This document shows positions 38,502-48,523 of a stretch of 64,000 nt of DNA, one piece after another; the first letter of the stretch is position 1; the number at the start of each line of letters is the position of its first letter. This stretch comes from an uncultured Caulobacteraceae bacterium. GTDB taxonomy: Bacteria > Pseudomonadota > Alphaproteobacteria > Caulobacterales > Caulobacteraceae. A program made the translations under genes and the position numbers. The notes under the pieces are model-generated. The model was not told where the DNA came from. It did not search any database and saw only the letters and a list, made by a program, of their open reading frames with translations. Location of the stretch: positions 3,241 through 67,240 of the forward strand of contig CAMTXB010000029.1 of NCBI GenBank assembly GCA_947085575.1. Direction: 5' to 3'.

Positions 38502-41500
38502 ATGACGCCGAACGATGACGCGCCCGACTCCGTCGTTCCTGATCCCCCTTCACCCGTACCGGCGTCGCCTGAGCCCGCCTCGCCCAAGACGCCCTGGTGG
38601 CGGAGCCTGCAGGGGCGGCTGACACAGGGTCGGACCCCGGTGATCCTGGCCGGGGTCCTGATCCTCGCCGCCTTCGGCGGGGGTTTCCTCACCGCCAAGG
38701 GGGTCGACAGCCTGAGGCTGCCCAGGCTGGCGGTGTCAGGGGCCGATACCGGCCCTGCGGGCTGGTCCCTGTTCGGTCGCCCCCGGGGGGCCGACGCGCC
38801 GCGGCGGGGCGTCCCCGTCCCCGAGGGCTTTGCGGTCTGGCGCACCCGGGTGGACACCGGCACGGCCCAGCCCCGGGCCTGCGTGGAGATGAGCCGCCCC
38901 CTCGATCCGCAGGTGGCCTATGCCGACTTTGTGCTCATTTCCCCGGACCTGGGCGAGACTCCCGCCGTCGCCGTGGACGGAGCCGAGCTTTGCGTGGCCG
39001 GCCTGGGCTTCACCGAGCGCCGGGTGACCCTGCTCAAGGGCCTGCCGGCCCGGGACGGTGAAACCCTGGCGGCCAATGCCGACATAGACTTCACCTTCGG
39101 GGAGAAGCCGCCCTTCGTCGGTTTCGCCGGGGACGGGGTTATCCTGCCCCGGGAGGAATCTGACGGCGTCGGGATCGAGACGGTCAATGTGACCCGTCTG
39201 GGCATCGAAGTCTGGCGGGTCGCTGACCGCAACCTTGTCCGCACATCCATCAGCGCCCCAGAACCCACCGCCGAGGGCGAATGGGCCTATGACTGGGGGG
39301 CCGACAGCCCCGACCAGGAGGGTCAGAAGGTCTGGAGCGGCGAGGTCGCCGTGGCCGGTGAGGCCGGCCGGCGCTCCACCACCGTCTTTCCCCTGGGGGC
39401 CGTCCTGCGGGAGATGAAGCCCGGCGGCTATGTGATCAAGGCCAGGGACGCCTCAGGGGGGCGCAGCCTGACGGCGGGGGAGGACTCCAATCCCCCGGCC
39501 CAGGCCCGCCGCTGGATCATCTTCACCGACATGGCCCTGAGCGCCTATACCGGCGCCGAGGCCACGGATGTCATCGTCCGCTCCCTGAAGAGCGCCCGTC
39601 CCCAGTCCGGAATCCGGGTGGCCCTGGTGGCCGCCAATGGGGAGGATCTGGCCGAGGCGCGCACCGATGGCCAGGGCCGCGCCCGCTTCGCCGCCGCCCT
39701 GACCAAGGGCGAAGGCGCCCTGCGGGCCAGGATGATCATGGCCTATGGGCCGCAGGGGGATCTGGCGCTCCTGGACCTCGACCGCCCGCCGGCGGACCTT
39801 TCGCGGCTGGGGGTCGGCGGCCGGATCGCCGAGACGGCCCCGAGCACCGCCGGGCGCACGGCGGCGGCTGTGGTTGACGCCTATCTCTATACCGATCGAG
39901 GGGTTTACCGGCCCGGCGAAACCGTGCGCCTGAACGCCCTATTGCGCGATCAGCAGGCCCGGGCGGTCAAGGACCGGAAGGGTGCGATCGTCGTGCGCAG
40001 GCCGTCCGGGGTCGAGTTCCGCCGTTACGCCTTTGACGGCGCGCCCCTGGGCTCCGCAGCCGCCGACATCGCCCTGCCGCGCAGCGCGCCCCGGGGTCGC
40101 TGGCGGGTCGCCCTGGAGATCGAGGGCCTGGAGCGTCCGGCAGGAGACGTCACCTTCGCTGTCGAGGATTTCGCCCCACAGCGGCTGGCGGTGACCCTGA
40201 CCGGCCAGGAGGCCAGCCCCGTCGCGGCGGGGCAGAGCCGCAATCTCGACATCAACGCCCGGTTCCTCTACGGGGCGCCGGGCTCGGGCCTGCAGGTCGA
40301 GGGCGAGGCGCGGCTGCGGGTCGATCCCAACCCCTTCCCCGCCTTCGAGGACTATCAATGGGGCGATCAGCGGACGCCCTTCCAGGAGGCCTTCGTCGAT
40401 CTGGGCCGCTCGGTCACCGATGGGGAGGGGCGGGCGATCATCACCCTGCCGCCTCAGGCCGCCGACAGCCCCCAGCCCCTGGTGGCGGCCACTACGGTCA
40501 GCGTCTTCGAGCCCGGGGGCCGACCGGTGCGGGAGTCCCTGGATCTGAAGATCCGCCCGCGCACGACCTATCTCGGGGTCAAGGTCAGTCAGGCCGACGG
40601 CGCCCGGGGGGGGGATCCCACGGTCAGCCTCGACCTGATCGCCGTCGATGGCGCCGGACGACGGGTGGCCGCCCCGGGCGTCACCTGGCGGCTGGTGTCG
40701 GAAAATTGGGACTATGACTGGTTCCAGCAGGACGGCCGCTGGCAATGGCGGCGCACCAGCCGCGACGCCCTAGTGGCCCAGGGCGAGGTCAATCTCGCCG
40801 CCGCAGACCCCGCCCGCCTGAGCCGGCGACTGGGCTGGGGCGACTATCGCATTGAACTGACCGCGCCGGACGGCGCGGCCAGCATCATCCGCTTCACCTC
40901 CGGCTGGGGCGCGCCGGCGCAGGACGCTGAGGCGCCCGACATTGTCCGGGTCAGCGCCGGCGACAAGACCTATGCCCAGGGCGACACGGTGGAGATCACC
41001 CTGAAGCCCCCCTATGCCGGGGAGGTCCAGGTGGCCGTGGCCACCGACCGGGTGCTCGACTTCCGCACCCTGACCGTGGGCGAAAATGGCGCCACCGTGC
41101 GCTTCCAGAGTGACCCCAGCTGGGGGGGCGGGGCCTATGTGATGGTCACCGTCGTCCAGCCCCGTGACCCGGTGCGGACGCCCAGGCCCCGCCGGGCCCT
41201 GGGCCTCGTCTATGTTCCCCTCGATCCCAAGGGTCGCAAGCTGGAGGTGGATCTCGGCACGCCGGACAAGGCCGGCGCCAGGGAAGCCCTCGCCGTGCCC
41301 GTCACCGTCAAGGGCGCAGGCCTCGGCCAGCGGGTCCGGGTGACCCTGGCCGCCGTGGATGAAGGCATACTGCGCCTGACCCGCCATGACAGCCCCGACC
41401 CGGCCAAGTGGTACTTCGGCAAGCGCGCCCTCGGTGTCGACTATCGGGATGACTATGGCCGCCTGCTGGATCCCAATCTCGGGGCGCCGGCCAATGTGAA

Positions 41501-43589
41501 TTTCGGCGGCGACGAGATCGGCGGCGAGGGCCTGACCGTCACCCCCATCAAGACCGTGGCCCTGTGGTCGGGGGTGATCGAAACCGGACGGGACGGCAAA
41601 GCGACCATCCAGCTGCCGGCCCCGGACTTCAACGGCGAGCTGAGACTGATGGCGGTGGCCTGGACCGACGACGCGGTCGGCTCGGCCTCCAAGCCCCTGG
41701 TGGTCCGCGAGCCGGTGGTGGCGGAGCTGGCCCTGCCCCGCTTCCTGGCGCCCGGGGACAAGGCCTTCGCCACCCTGGAGCTGCACAATATCGAGGGGCG
41801 GGCCGGGCAGTACATCGCCCAGCTCACCGGAGAGGGGGGCCTCCTCGCCCCCTTCCGCAAGGCCTATGAGCTGGTGGTGGGCCAGCGTCTGGCCGAGCGG
41901 GTTCCCCTGGACGCCCCCCGGACGGCGGGCATCGGCAAGGTCAGCCTGGCGGTTACCGGGCCAGGCTTCACAAGCGCCCGGGACTATCCCCTGCAGACCC
42001 GTCTCGGCTGGGGCCGGGTGACCCGGACCACCGTGGCTCTGCAACAACCGGGGACGGCCTATACCCCGACGCCAGACCTGCTGGCCGGGCTGGCGGCGGG
42101 CGATGCGACCCTGCAGGTGAGCTATTCACCGTTCCGGGGCTTTGACCCTGGGCCGATCGCGGTGTCCCTGCTGCGTTATCCCTATGGCTGCACCGAGCAG
42201 CTGGTATCGGCGGCCTATCCCCTGCTGTATGCCGACAGCGTCTCTCAGGATCCCAAGGCCCGGCGCTCCAGCCTGGCTCTGAACCAGGCGGTGAGCCGCC
42301 TGCTGGATCGCCAGACCCTGGACGGGGCCTTTGGCATGTGGCGGGTCGGCGATGGGGAGGCCGACGCCTGGCTCGGCGCCTACGCCACCGACTTCCTGGT
42401 GGAGGCGCAGAAGGCCGGCGCCCCGGTCCCGGCCGCGGCCCTGGAGCGGGCGCTCGCCGCCATGCGGCACATCTCCCGCCCCGAAGGCTGGGCCAGCATC
42501 TCCTACCGACTGGAATACCCCAGCTGGTGGGCGGGCTCGCCTGAGGCCTCGGAGACCGCCACGGCGACCATGCGCCGACGGGCCTCGGCCTATGCCCTCT
42601 ATGTCCTGGCCAAGGGCGGACGGGGTGATCTTGGCCGGCTGAGGTGGTGGCACGATGTGCAGATGAAGACCGAGGCCTCCCCCCTGGCCAAGGCCCATGT
42701 GGGCGCGGGCCTCGCCCTGATGGGGGACAAGGCCCGGGCGCGCTCGGCCTTCCGTCAGGCGGTCCGGTCGCTCAACTATCGGGAGGAGAGCGACTGGTAC
42801 CAGAGCCCCCTGCGGGATCTGGCCGCCGTGATCGCCCTGGCCTATGAGGCCGGCGAGACCGAAATCGCCCGGGACCTGCAGGGACGGCTGGAAAACGCCG
42901 TCGAGGACCCGGACGCCCTGAACACCCAGGAACAGGCGCGGCTGCTGCAGGCCGCTGACGCCATGATGGCCGCTGCCGGGCCCCTGAAGATCGAGGGCTC
43001 GGGCGCCATTCCCCTGGCGGCGGTCGCCGGCGGACCCCGATGGGCGGTGGGCAGGCTGGCGGACTCCCGCTTCGTCAATGCCGGCGCCGCCGCGGTCTGG
43101 CGGACCGTGACGGTGACCGGCGCCCCCGTCGCGGCCCCGGCGGCGGCCAGCAACGGCCTTACCCTCCAGAAGCGCCTCCTGAGCTTCACCGGCGGACAGA
43201 TTGACCCGGCCCGCCTGACCCAGGGCGACCGGGTGATCGTGGTGGTCTCCGGCCGCGCCCAGCAGGCCAGGTCCATGGCCCTGGTGATCGATGATCCCCT
43301 GCCGGCGGGGTTCGAGATCGAGACGGTGCTCGGACCCGACGACGCCCAGGCCGGGCCGTTCCGCTTCCTCGGGCAGCTGTCGTCGGCCGATGTGCAGGAG
43401 GCCAGGGATGATCGCTATGTGGCGGCCATGGATCTGCCCGGTCGGGAAGACTTCGCCTTCGCCTATGTGGCGCGGGCGGTGACCCCTGGGAACTTCCTGC
43501 TGCCGGGTGCGGAGGCCAGGGACATGTATCGCCCGGCGCTCCATGCCCGCACCGGCGTCGGCCGTACGGTGATCGCGCCCGGCCCGTGA
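38502..43589 (+). CDS. Bacterial alpha-2-macroglobulin (YfhM-like)
   Basis: TDRGVYRPGE, LAAVDEG, LPRFLAPGD, YPYGCTEQ thioester motif; coupled to pbpC. Confidence 0.94.
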   Translation: MTPNDDAPDSVVPDPPSPVPASPEPASPKTPWWRSLQGRLTQGRTPVILAGVLILAAFGGGFLTAKGVDSLRLPRLAVSGADTGPAGWSLFGRPRGADAPRRGVPVPEGFAVWRTRVDTGTAQPRACVEMSRPLDPQVAYADFVLISPDLGETPAVAVDGAELCVAGLGFTERRVTLLKGLPARDGETLAANADIDFTFGEKPPFVGFAGDGVILPREESDGVGIETVNVTRLGIEVWRVADRNLVRTSISAPEPTAEGEWAYDWGADSPDQEGQKVWSGEVAVAGEAGRRSTTVFPLGAVLREMKPGGYVIKARDASGGRSLTAGEDSNPPAQARRWIIFTDMALSAYTGAEATDVIVRSLKSARPQSGIRVALVAANGEDLAEARTDGQGRARFAAALTKGEGALRARMIMAYGPQGDLALLDLDRPPADLSRLGVGGRIAETAPSTAGRTAAAVVDAYLYTDRGVYRPGETVRLNALLRDQQARAVKDRKGAIVVRRPSGVEFRRYAFDGAPLGSAAADIALPRSAPRGRWRVALEIEGLERPAGDVTFAVEDFAPQRLAVTLTGQEASPVAAGQSRNLDINARFLYGAPGSGLQVEGEARLRVDPNPFPAFEDYQWGDQRTPFQEAFVDLGRSVTDGEGRAIITLPPQAADSPQPLVAATTVSVFEPGGRPVRESLDLKIRPRTTYLGVKVSQADGARGGDPTVSLDLIAVDGAGRRVAAPGVTWRLVSENWDYDWFQQDGRWQWRRTSRDALVAQGEVNLAAADPARLSRRLGWGDYRIELTAPDGAASIIRFTSGWGAPAQDAEAPDIVRVSAGDKTYAQGDTVEITLKPPYAGEVQVAVATDRVLDFRTLTVGENGATVRFQSDPSWGGGAYVMVTVVQPRDPVRTPRPRRALGLVYVPLDPKGRKLEVDLGTPDKAGAREALAVPVTVKGAGLGQRVRVTLAAVDEGILRLTRHDSPDPAKWYFGKRALGVDYRDDYGRLLDPNLGAPANVNFGGDEIGGEGLTVTPIKTVALWSGVIETGRDGKATIQLPAPDFNGELRLMAVAWTDDAVGSASKPLVVREPVVAELALPRFLAPGDKAFATLELHNIEGRAGQYIAQLTGEGGLLAPFRKAYELVVGQRLAERVPLDAPRTAGIGKVSLAVTGPGFTSARDYPLQTRLGWGRVTRTTVALQQPGTAYTPTPDLLAGLAAGDATLQVSYSPFRGFDPGPIAVSLLRYPYGCTEQLVSAAYPLLYADSVSQDPKARRSSLALNQAVSRLLDRQTLDGAFGMWRVGDGEADAWLGAYATDFLVEAQKAGAPVPAAALERALAAMRHISRPEGWASISYRLEYPSWWAGSPEASETATATMRRRASAYALYVLAKGGRGDLGRLRWWHDVQMKTEASPLAKAHVGAGLALMGDKARARSAFRQAVRSLNYREESDWYQSPLRDLAAVIALAYEAGETEIARDLQGRLENAVEDPDALNTQEQARLLQAADAMMAAAGPLKIEGSGAIPLAAVAGGPRWAVGRLADSRFVNAGAAAVWRTVTVTGAPVAAPAAASNGLTLQKRLLSFTGGQIDPARLTQGDRVIVVVSGRAQQARSMALVIDDPLPAGFEIETVLGPDDAQAGPFRFLGQLSSADVQEARDDRYVAAMDLPGREDFAFAYVARAVTPGNFLLPGAEARDMYRPALHARTGVGRTVIAPGP

Positions 43590-45679
43590 TGGCGCTGACA
43601 CCCTTGAGGGCGAGGCTGCGTCAGGCTGCGGCCTCGCCTGCGGTCGTGCGGCGGCTGACCCAGGGCCTGATCGGCGCCCTCGCCCTCCAGGTGGTCCTGG
43701 TCGGCCTTGACGGGGCCCTGCCGCCAGACCTGTCCCGGGGAGAGGAGGCCTCGCCGGTGGCGCTGGATCGTCGCGGGGCCTGGCTGCGCGCCCTGCCGGT
43801 GGAGGACGGGCGCTGGCGCATCCGGGCCGATCTCGACCGGACCGATCCGAGCTTCGTCGCCCGCCTGATCGCCGTGGAGGACGCCCGCTTCTGGCGCCAT
43901 CCAGGAGTCGACCCCTTCGCCGTGGTCCGGGCGGCGGGCTCAGCGGCGATCACCGGCGAGGTGAGCTCCGGCGCCTCGACTCTGACCATGCAGACGGCGC
44001 GCCTGCTGACCCCGAGGCCCCGCACCCTGACGGCCAAGCTGGTGGAGATGATCCGCGCCGTGCAGATCGAGGCGCGCCTGTCCAAGCGCGAGATCCTCGC
44101 CCTCTATCTGACCCTGGCGCCCTATGGGGGTAATCTGGAGGGGGTACGGGCCGCCAGCCTTTCCTATTTCGGTCATGAGCCCACGAGCCTGACGCCAGGG
44201 GAGCAGGCCCTGCTGATCGCCCTGCCCCAGTCCCCGGAGGCCAGGCGTCCCGACCGGCGCCCGGAGGCCGCCCGACGGGCGCGAGCGCTGGTGCTCGACA
44301 AGATGGTCCTGGCCGGCGCCCTGAGCGCCCCGGAGGCGGCTGAAGCGACCGGGGAACCCATGCCCGGCCGGGCGCCCTTCCCCGCCCTGGCCTGGCATGC
44401 GGCGGGCGAGCTGGCCCGCAGCGCCCGGGCCGATCAGGCCTCGGTGATCTCCACCCTGGACGCCGGCCTGCAGGGGCGGCTGGAGCCCCTGGTGGCGCAG
44501 GCCGCCAGGGCGCAGGGGACAGACGCCGCCGCCGCGGTTCTGGTGGTGGAGCTGGACGGTCGGGCGGTGCGCGCGGCGGTGGGCTCAGCGGGCCTGGAGC
44601 GGGCCGGGGGCTGGATCGACATGACCCAGGCGCGGCGCTCGCCCGGCTCGGCGCTCAAGCCCTTCATCTACGCCATGGCCTTCGAACAGGGCCTGGCGGC
44701 GCCCGACACCCGCATGGCCGACGCCCCAAGGCGCTATGCCGACTATCAGCCGGAGAACTTCGATCGGGTGTTCCACGATCAGGTCACCGCCCGGGAGGCC
44801 TTGGTGCACTCCCTGAACGTGCCGGCGGTCGACACCCTGGCCCGCCTGGGTCCGGCGGCCTTCGAAGGGCGACTGCAAGCGGCCGGGGTGCGGCTATGGC
44901 GACCGAGGGCCGAGACCCGGGACGCGGGCCTGGCCATCGCCCTAGGCGGCGTCGGCATCACCCTGCGCGACCTGGCGGTGCTCTATGGCGCCCTGGGTGA
45001 CGGGGGTCTGGCGCGGCCCCTGGCCTGGACCGAGGCGGAGGCCGCGATCGGCCGGGAGACCCGGGGGGTTCGGCTGATCAGCGAGGCGGCCGCCGGCCAA
45101 GTGCTGGCCATCCTGCGGGAATCCCCGCCGCCGGCCGGGGTCACCCCCGCGGCGCTCAGCCGGGGCCGACCGCTGATGGCCTATAAGACCGGCACCTCCT
45201 ACGGCTTTCGGGACGCGGTGGCGGCCGGGATCGTCGGGGATCATGTGATCGTGGTCTGGAGCGGCCGGGCCGACGGGGGCGCCCGAGGGGGACTGACCGG
45301 TCGGGACTCCGCCCTGCCCCTGCTGTTCGAGGTCGCCGACCTCCTGCAGGCTCCCCCCGCCGCGCCGGCGCCGCTGTCGCCGCGCCATGCGCCGCCCGCC
45401 CTGGAGAACCAGACCCGGGACGCCGAGGGGCCCCGGCTGATCTTCCCCCCGGACGGGGCGGTGGTGCAGGTGGACGCCTTTGGACCGGGGGCGAGGGGCC
45501 TGGCGCTGGCGGCCAGCGGCGAGGATCTGGCCTGGTATGTGGCCGGTCAGCCCCTGGCCCCCGATCCCCTGAGCGGCCAGGTGCTCTGGCGACCGGAGGG
45601 GCCTGGCTTCTACGATCTCAGCGTGGTGGACCGCCGGGGCCGGACCGCCCGCGCCCAGGTGCGGATCCGCGGGGGATAG
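43589..45679 (+). CDS. pbpC: Penicillin-binding protein 1C
   Basis: ED.RF..H.GVD, GASTLTMQ, SALK (SxxK), SLN, KTGTS; follows the A2M gene. Confidence 0.93.
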   Translation: MALTPLRARLRQAAASPAVVRRLTQGLIGALALQVVLVGLDGALPPDLSRGEEASPVALDRRGAWLRALPVEDGRWRIRADLDRTDPSFVARLIAVEDARFWRHPGVDPFAVVRAAGSAAITGEVSSGASTLTMQTARLLTPRPRTLTAKLVEMIRAVQIEARLSKREILALYLTLAPYGGNLEGVRAASLSYFGHEPTSLTPGEQALLIALPQSPEARRPDRRPEAARRARALVLDKMVLAGALSAPEAAEATGEPMPGRAPFPALAWHAAGELARSARADQASVISTLDAGLQGRLEPLVAQAARAQGTDAAAAVLVVELDGRAVRAAVGSAGLERAGGWIDMTQARRSPGSALKPFIYAMAFEQGLAAPDTRMADAPRRYADYQPENFDRVFHDQVTAREALVHSLNVPAVDTLARLGPAAFEGRLQAAGVRLWRPRAETRDAGLAIALGGVGITLRDLAVLYGALGDGGLARPLAWTEAEAAIGRETRGVRLISEAAAGQVLAILRESPPPAGVTPAALSRGRPLMAYKTGTSYGFRDAVAAGIVGDHVIVVWSGRADGGARGGLTGRDSALPLLFEVADLLQAPPAAPAPLSPRHAPPALENQTRDAEGPRLIFPPDGAVVQVDAFGPGARGLALAASGEDLAWYVAGQPLAPDPLSGQVLWRPEGPGFYDLSVVDRRGRTARAQVRIRGG

Positions 45680-45777
45680 CCCCCTGCACGCCTGACGATC
45701 CCCTGTCGCGGCTGTTGTCCCGCAAGTGCTCAGGCGTCTTCGGTCCCCGTGGGGTAGGCCCCGCCAGGTCCAGACCC

Positions 45778-46416
45778 TCAGGCCGGCGCGTCTGGCTGGC
45801 GGTCCGGATGGGCCGCGACGAAGGCTGGAAGCGCCCGCGCCCGTTCGGCGGCGGCCCTTATGGCCCCATAGGCCGAAAGGTCCACCCCATAGCGCTCAGC
45901 TGAATAGACCTGGGGCACGAGGCAGCAGTCGGCGAGGCCAGGGGTCGATCCAAAGGCGAACCCCTGTCCGTGCCGGGCGATCATCGGCTCGAGGGCGTCA
46001 AACCCCTCAGTGATCCACCGGGCGATCCAGGCCTGCCGGTCGGCCTCGCTGACCCCGAAGGCGGCCAGCTGCTGTTGGATGCGCAGATTGTTCACGGGGT
46101 GGATGTCGCAGGCGATGATCCCGGCCATGGCCCGCACCACCTGCCGGCCGGCCGGATCGGCCGGCAGCAGGGCGGGGTCGGGATGAGTTTCCTCCAGCCA
46201 CTCCATCAGCGACAGGCTCTGGGTCATGGCCAGGTCCCCGTCCACCAGCATGGGGGTGAGGCCCTGGGGGTTGAGCTGGAGATAGTCGGCAGCCCGCTGC
46301 TCGCCCTTGGGCAGGCTGACGGGAATGTAGTCATAGTCCAGGTCCTTGAGTCCGAGGGCGAGCCGCACCCGGTAGGGGGCGGTGGCCCGCCAGTAGCTGT
46401 AGAGGGTCAGGCCCAT
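45778..46416 (-). CDS. maiA: Maleylacetoacetate/maleylpyruvate isomerase
   Basis: LYSYWR...YRVRLAL, NPQGL.P, ACDIHPVNNLR, HPDRQPD; coupled to a FAH-family gene. Confidence 0.88.
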   Translation of the reverse strand: MGLTLYSYWRATAPYRVRLALGLKDLDYDYIPVSLPKGEQRAADYLQLNPQGLTPMLVDGDLAMTQSLSLMEWLEETHPDPALLPADPAGRQVVRAMAGIIACDIHPVNNLRIQQQLAAFGVSEADRQAWIARWITEGFDALEPMIARHGQGFAFGSTPGLADCCLVPQVYSAERYGVDLSAYGAIRAAAERARALPAFVAAHPDRQPDAPA

Positions 46417-46418
46417 GC

Positions 46419-47099
46419 TCAGAGCACCTTGAAGCGGAGTTCACCCACCCCCTCCACCGCCCCGGCCACCTCGTCGCCGCGGGCGATGGGGCCGACCCCT
46501 TCCGGCGTGCCGGTGAAGATCAGGTCCCCCGGCGCCAGCCGCCACAGGCGCGAGGCCTGGGAGATGATCTCGGCCAGGTTCCAGATCATGTCGGAAACCG
46601 CCGCGTCCTGGCGCGGCTGCCCGTTGACGGTGGCTGAAATTCGGCCCTGCGGCGCAGGGCCGCTCCAGGGACGGATCGCCGAGATCGGCGCAGACTGATC
46701 AAAGCCCTTGGAGGCGTCCCAGGGGTGGCCCTTGTCCTTGGCGGCGGCCTGCAGATCCCGGCGGGTCAGGTCAAAGCCGACAGCGTAGCCGAAAACCCGG
46801 TCAAGGGCGTCTTCCACCGGGATGTCCGAGCCGCCGGCCCGCAGGGCGACGACAAGTTCGACCTCATGGTGAAGGTCTCCGGTCATGGGGGGAAAGGCCA
46901 CGTCCGAGCCCGGGGTCACCAGGGCGTCCGCCGGCTTGGCGAAGAAGAAGGGCGGGTCACGATCATCACCCCCCATCTCGGCGCGATGGGCGGCATAGTT
47001 GCGCCCCACACAGAGAATGCGTCGGACCGGAAAGACCTCCGAGGTCCCCAGGACAGGGACCCCCGAGACGGCGGGCGGGGGCAGGACATATTGGGTCAT
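46419..47099 (-). CDS. Fumarylacetoacetate hydrolase family protein
   Basis: CVGRNYAAH, PFFFAKP, HHEVEL, K.FD, GDLIFTGTPEGVG. Confidence 0.92.
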   Translation of the reverse strand: MTQYVLPPPAVSGVPVLGTSEVFPVRRILCVGRNYAAHRAEMGGDDRDPPFFFAKPADALVTPGSDVAFPPMTGDLHHEVELVVALRAGGSDIPVEDALDRVFGYAVGFDLTRRDLQAAAKDKGHPWDASKGFDQSAPISAIRPWSGPAPQGRISATVNGQPRQDAAVSDMIWNLAEIISQASRLWRLAPGDLIFTGTPEGVGPIARGDEVAGAVEGVGELRFKVL

Positions 47100-47311
47100 G
47101 GTCAAGGGCCTACTCCCGCGCGCGGCCAATGAAAAGGCTCCCGCCGCGGGAGGCGGAAGTCTGACCTGCCGACCGCTCGGCCGCCGCTGACCTCAGGTGG
47201 CGAGTCATGTGGGCTCCTGGAACATTGACAAGTTCGGACGACGCGTCCGAACGATGCGGCTGTCCTCACAACTCACCCCGCTGTGATCTGCTCCCAGAAG
47301 GTCGGAGACCC

Positions 47312-48520
47312 ATGACCGAGATCCCCGCCCCCGGCCCGCTGAGCGGCCTCCGGGTCATTGAGATGGGCACGCTCATCGCAGGCCCCTTCTGCGGCCAGAT
47401 CCTGGGAGATTTCGGGGCCGAGGTGATCAAGATCGAGGACCCGCGGAAGGGCGATCCCATGCGCCAATGGGGCCGCAGCCTGCCCCAGGGTCTGTCACCC
47501 TGGTGGCCGGTGATCGGCCGCAACAAGAAGTCCGTCGGCCTGGATCTGCGCCAGGCTGAAGGCCAGCACATCGCCCGGGCTCTGATCGCCAAGGCCGATG
47601 TGGTGATCGAGAATTTTCGACCCGGGGCCATGGAGAAGTGGGGGCTGGGCTATGATGACCTGTCTGCGGCCAATCCGGGCCTCGTGATGGCGCGGATCTC
47701 GGGGTATGGCCAGACGGGGCCCCTGTCGGAACGGGCGGGGTATGGCCTCATCGGCGAGGCCATGGGGGGATTGAGACACATTACCGGCGAAGCCGATCGC
47801 CCCCCGGCGCGGGCCGGCATCTCCATCGGCGACAGCCTGGCGGCCATGCACGCGGTGATGGGGATCATGATGGCCCTGCACGCCCGGGACCGCACGGGAA
47901 GGGGCCAGGTGGTCGATGCGGCGCTGTATGAGAGCGTGCTCGGCGTCATGGAGAACCTGATCACCGAGTATGACCTGACCGGCTATGTCCGCGAGCGCTC
48001 CGGCTCGATCCTGCCCGGCATCGCCCCGTCCAACGCCTATCCCTGCGCCGGCGGCGACATGGCGGTGATCGGCGGCAATGGCGACACCGTCTTCGCCCGG
48101 CTCTGCGAAGCCATGGGCCAGCCGGCCCTGGCTGCCGATCCCCGGTTCGCCACCCACGCCGCCCGCGGCGCGCGCCAGGGGGAGCTGGACGAGATCATCA
48201 GCGCCTGGACGGCCTCCCTTTGCCTGGAGGACCTGCTGGCCCTGCTGGAGCAGCATGGGGTTCCGGCCGGGCGGATCTACCGGGCTCCGGACATGCTGGA
48301 AGACCCTCACTTCATCGCCCGGGAAGCCGTGATCAGCGTGCCCCACCCGGTGTTTGGCCAGGTGCGGATGCAGAACGCCTTTCCCAAGCTGTCGGCGACG
48401 CCGGGCAAGGTCCGGTGGCCGGGTCCGGAGCTTGGCGCCCACACGGAGGACGTTCTGCGGGAGGTGGCCGGACTCTCAGCCGAAACCCTGGCCGGACTGC
48501 GGGCGCGGGGGGTCGTCTGA
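47312..48520 (+). CDS. CaiB/BaiF family (class III) CoA transferase
   Basis: IAGPFC...L.DFGAEVIKIE, RNKKS, ENFRPG, ISGYGQTGP. Confidence 0.93.
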   Translation: MTEIPAPGPLSGLRVIEMGTLIAGPFCGQILGDFGAEVIKIEDPRKGDPMRQWGRSLPQGLSPWWPVIGRNKKSVGLDLRQAEGQHIARALIAKADVVIENFRPGAMEKWGLGYDDLSAANPGLVMARISGYGQTGPLSERAGYGLIGEAMGGLRHITGEADRPPARAGISIGDSLAAMHAVMGIMMALHARDRTGRGQVVDAALYESVLGVMENLITEYDLTGYVRERSGSILPGIAPSNAYPCAGGDMAVIGGNGDTVFARLCEAMGQPALAADPRFATHAARGARQGELDEIISAWTASLCLEDLLALLEQHGVPAGRIYRAPDMLEDPHFIAREAVISVPHPVFGQVRMQNAFPKLSATPGKVRWPGPELGAHTEDVLREVAGLSAETLAGLRARGVV

Positions 48521-48523
48521 GCC

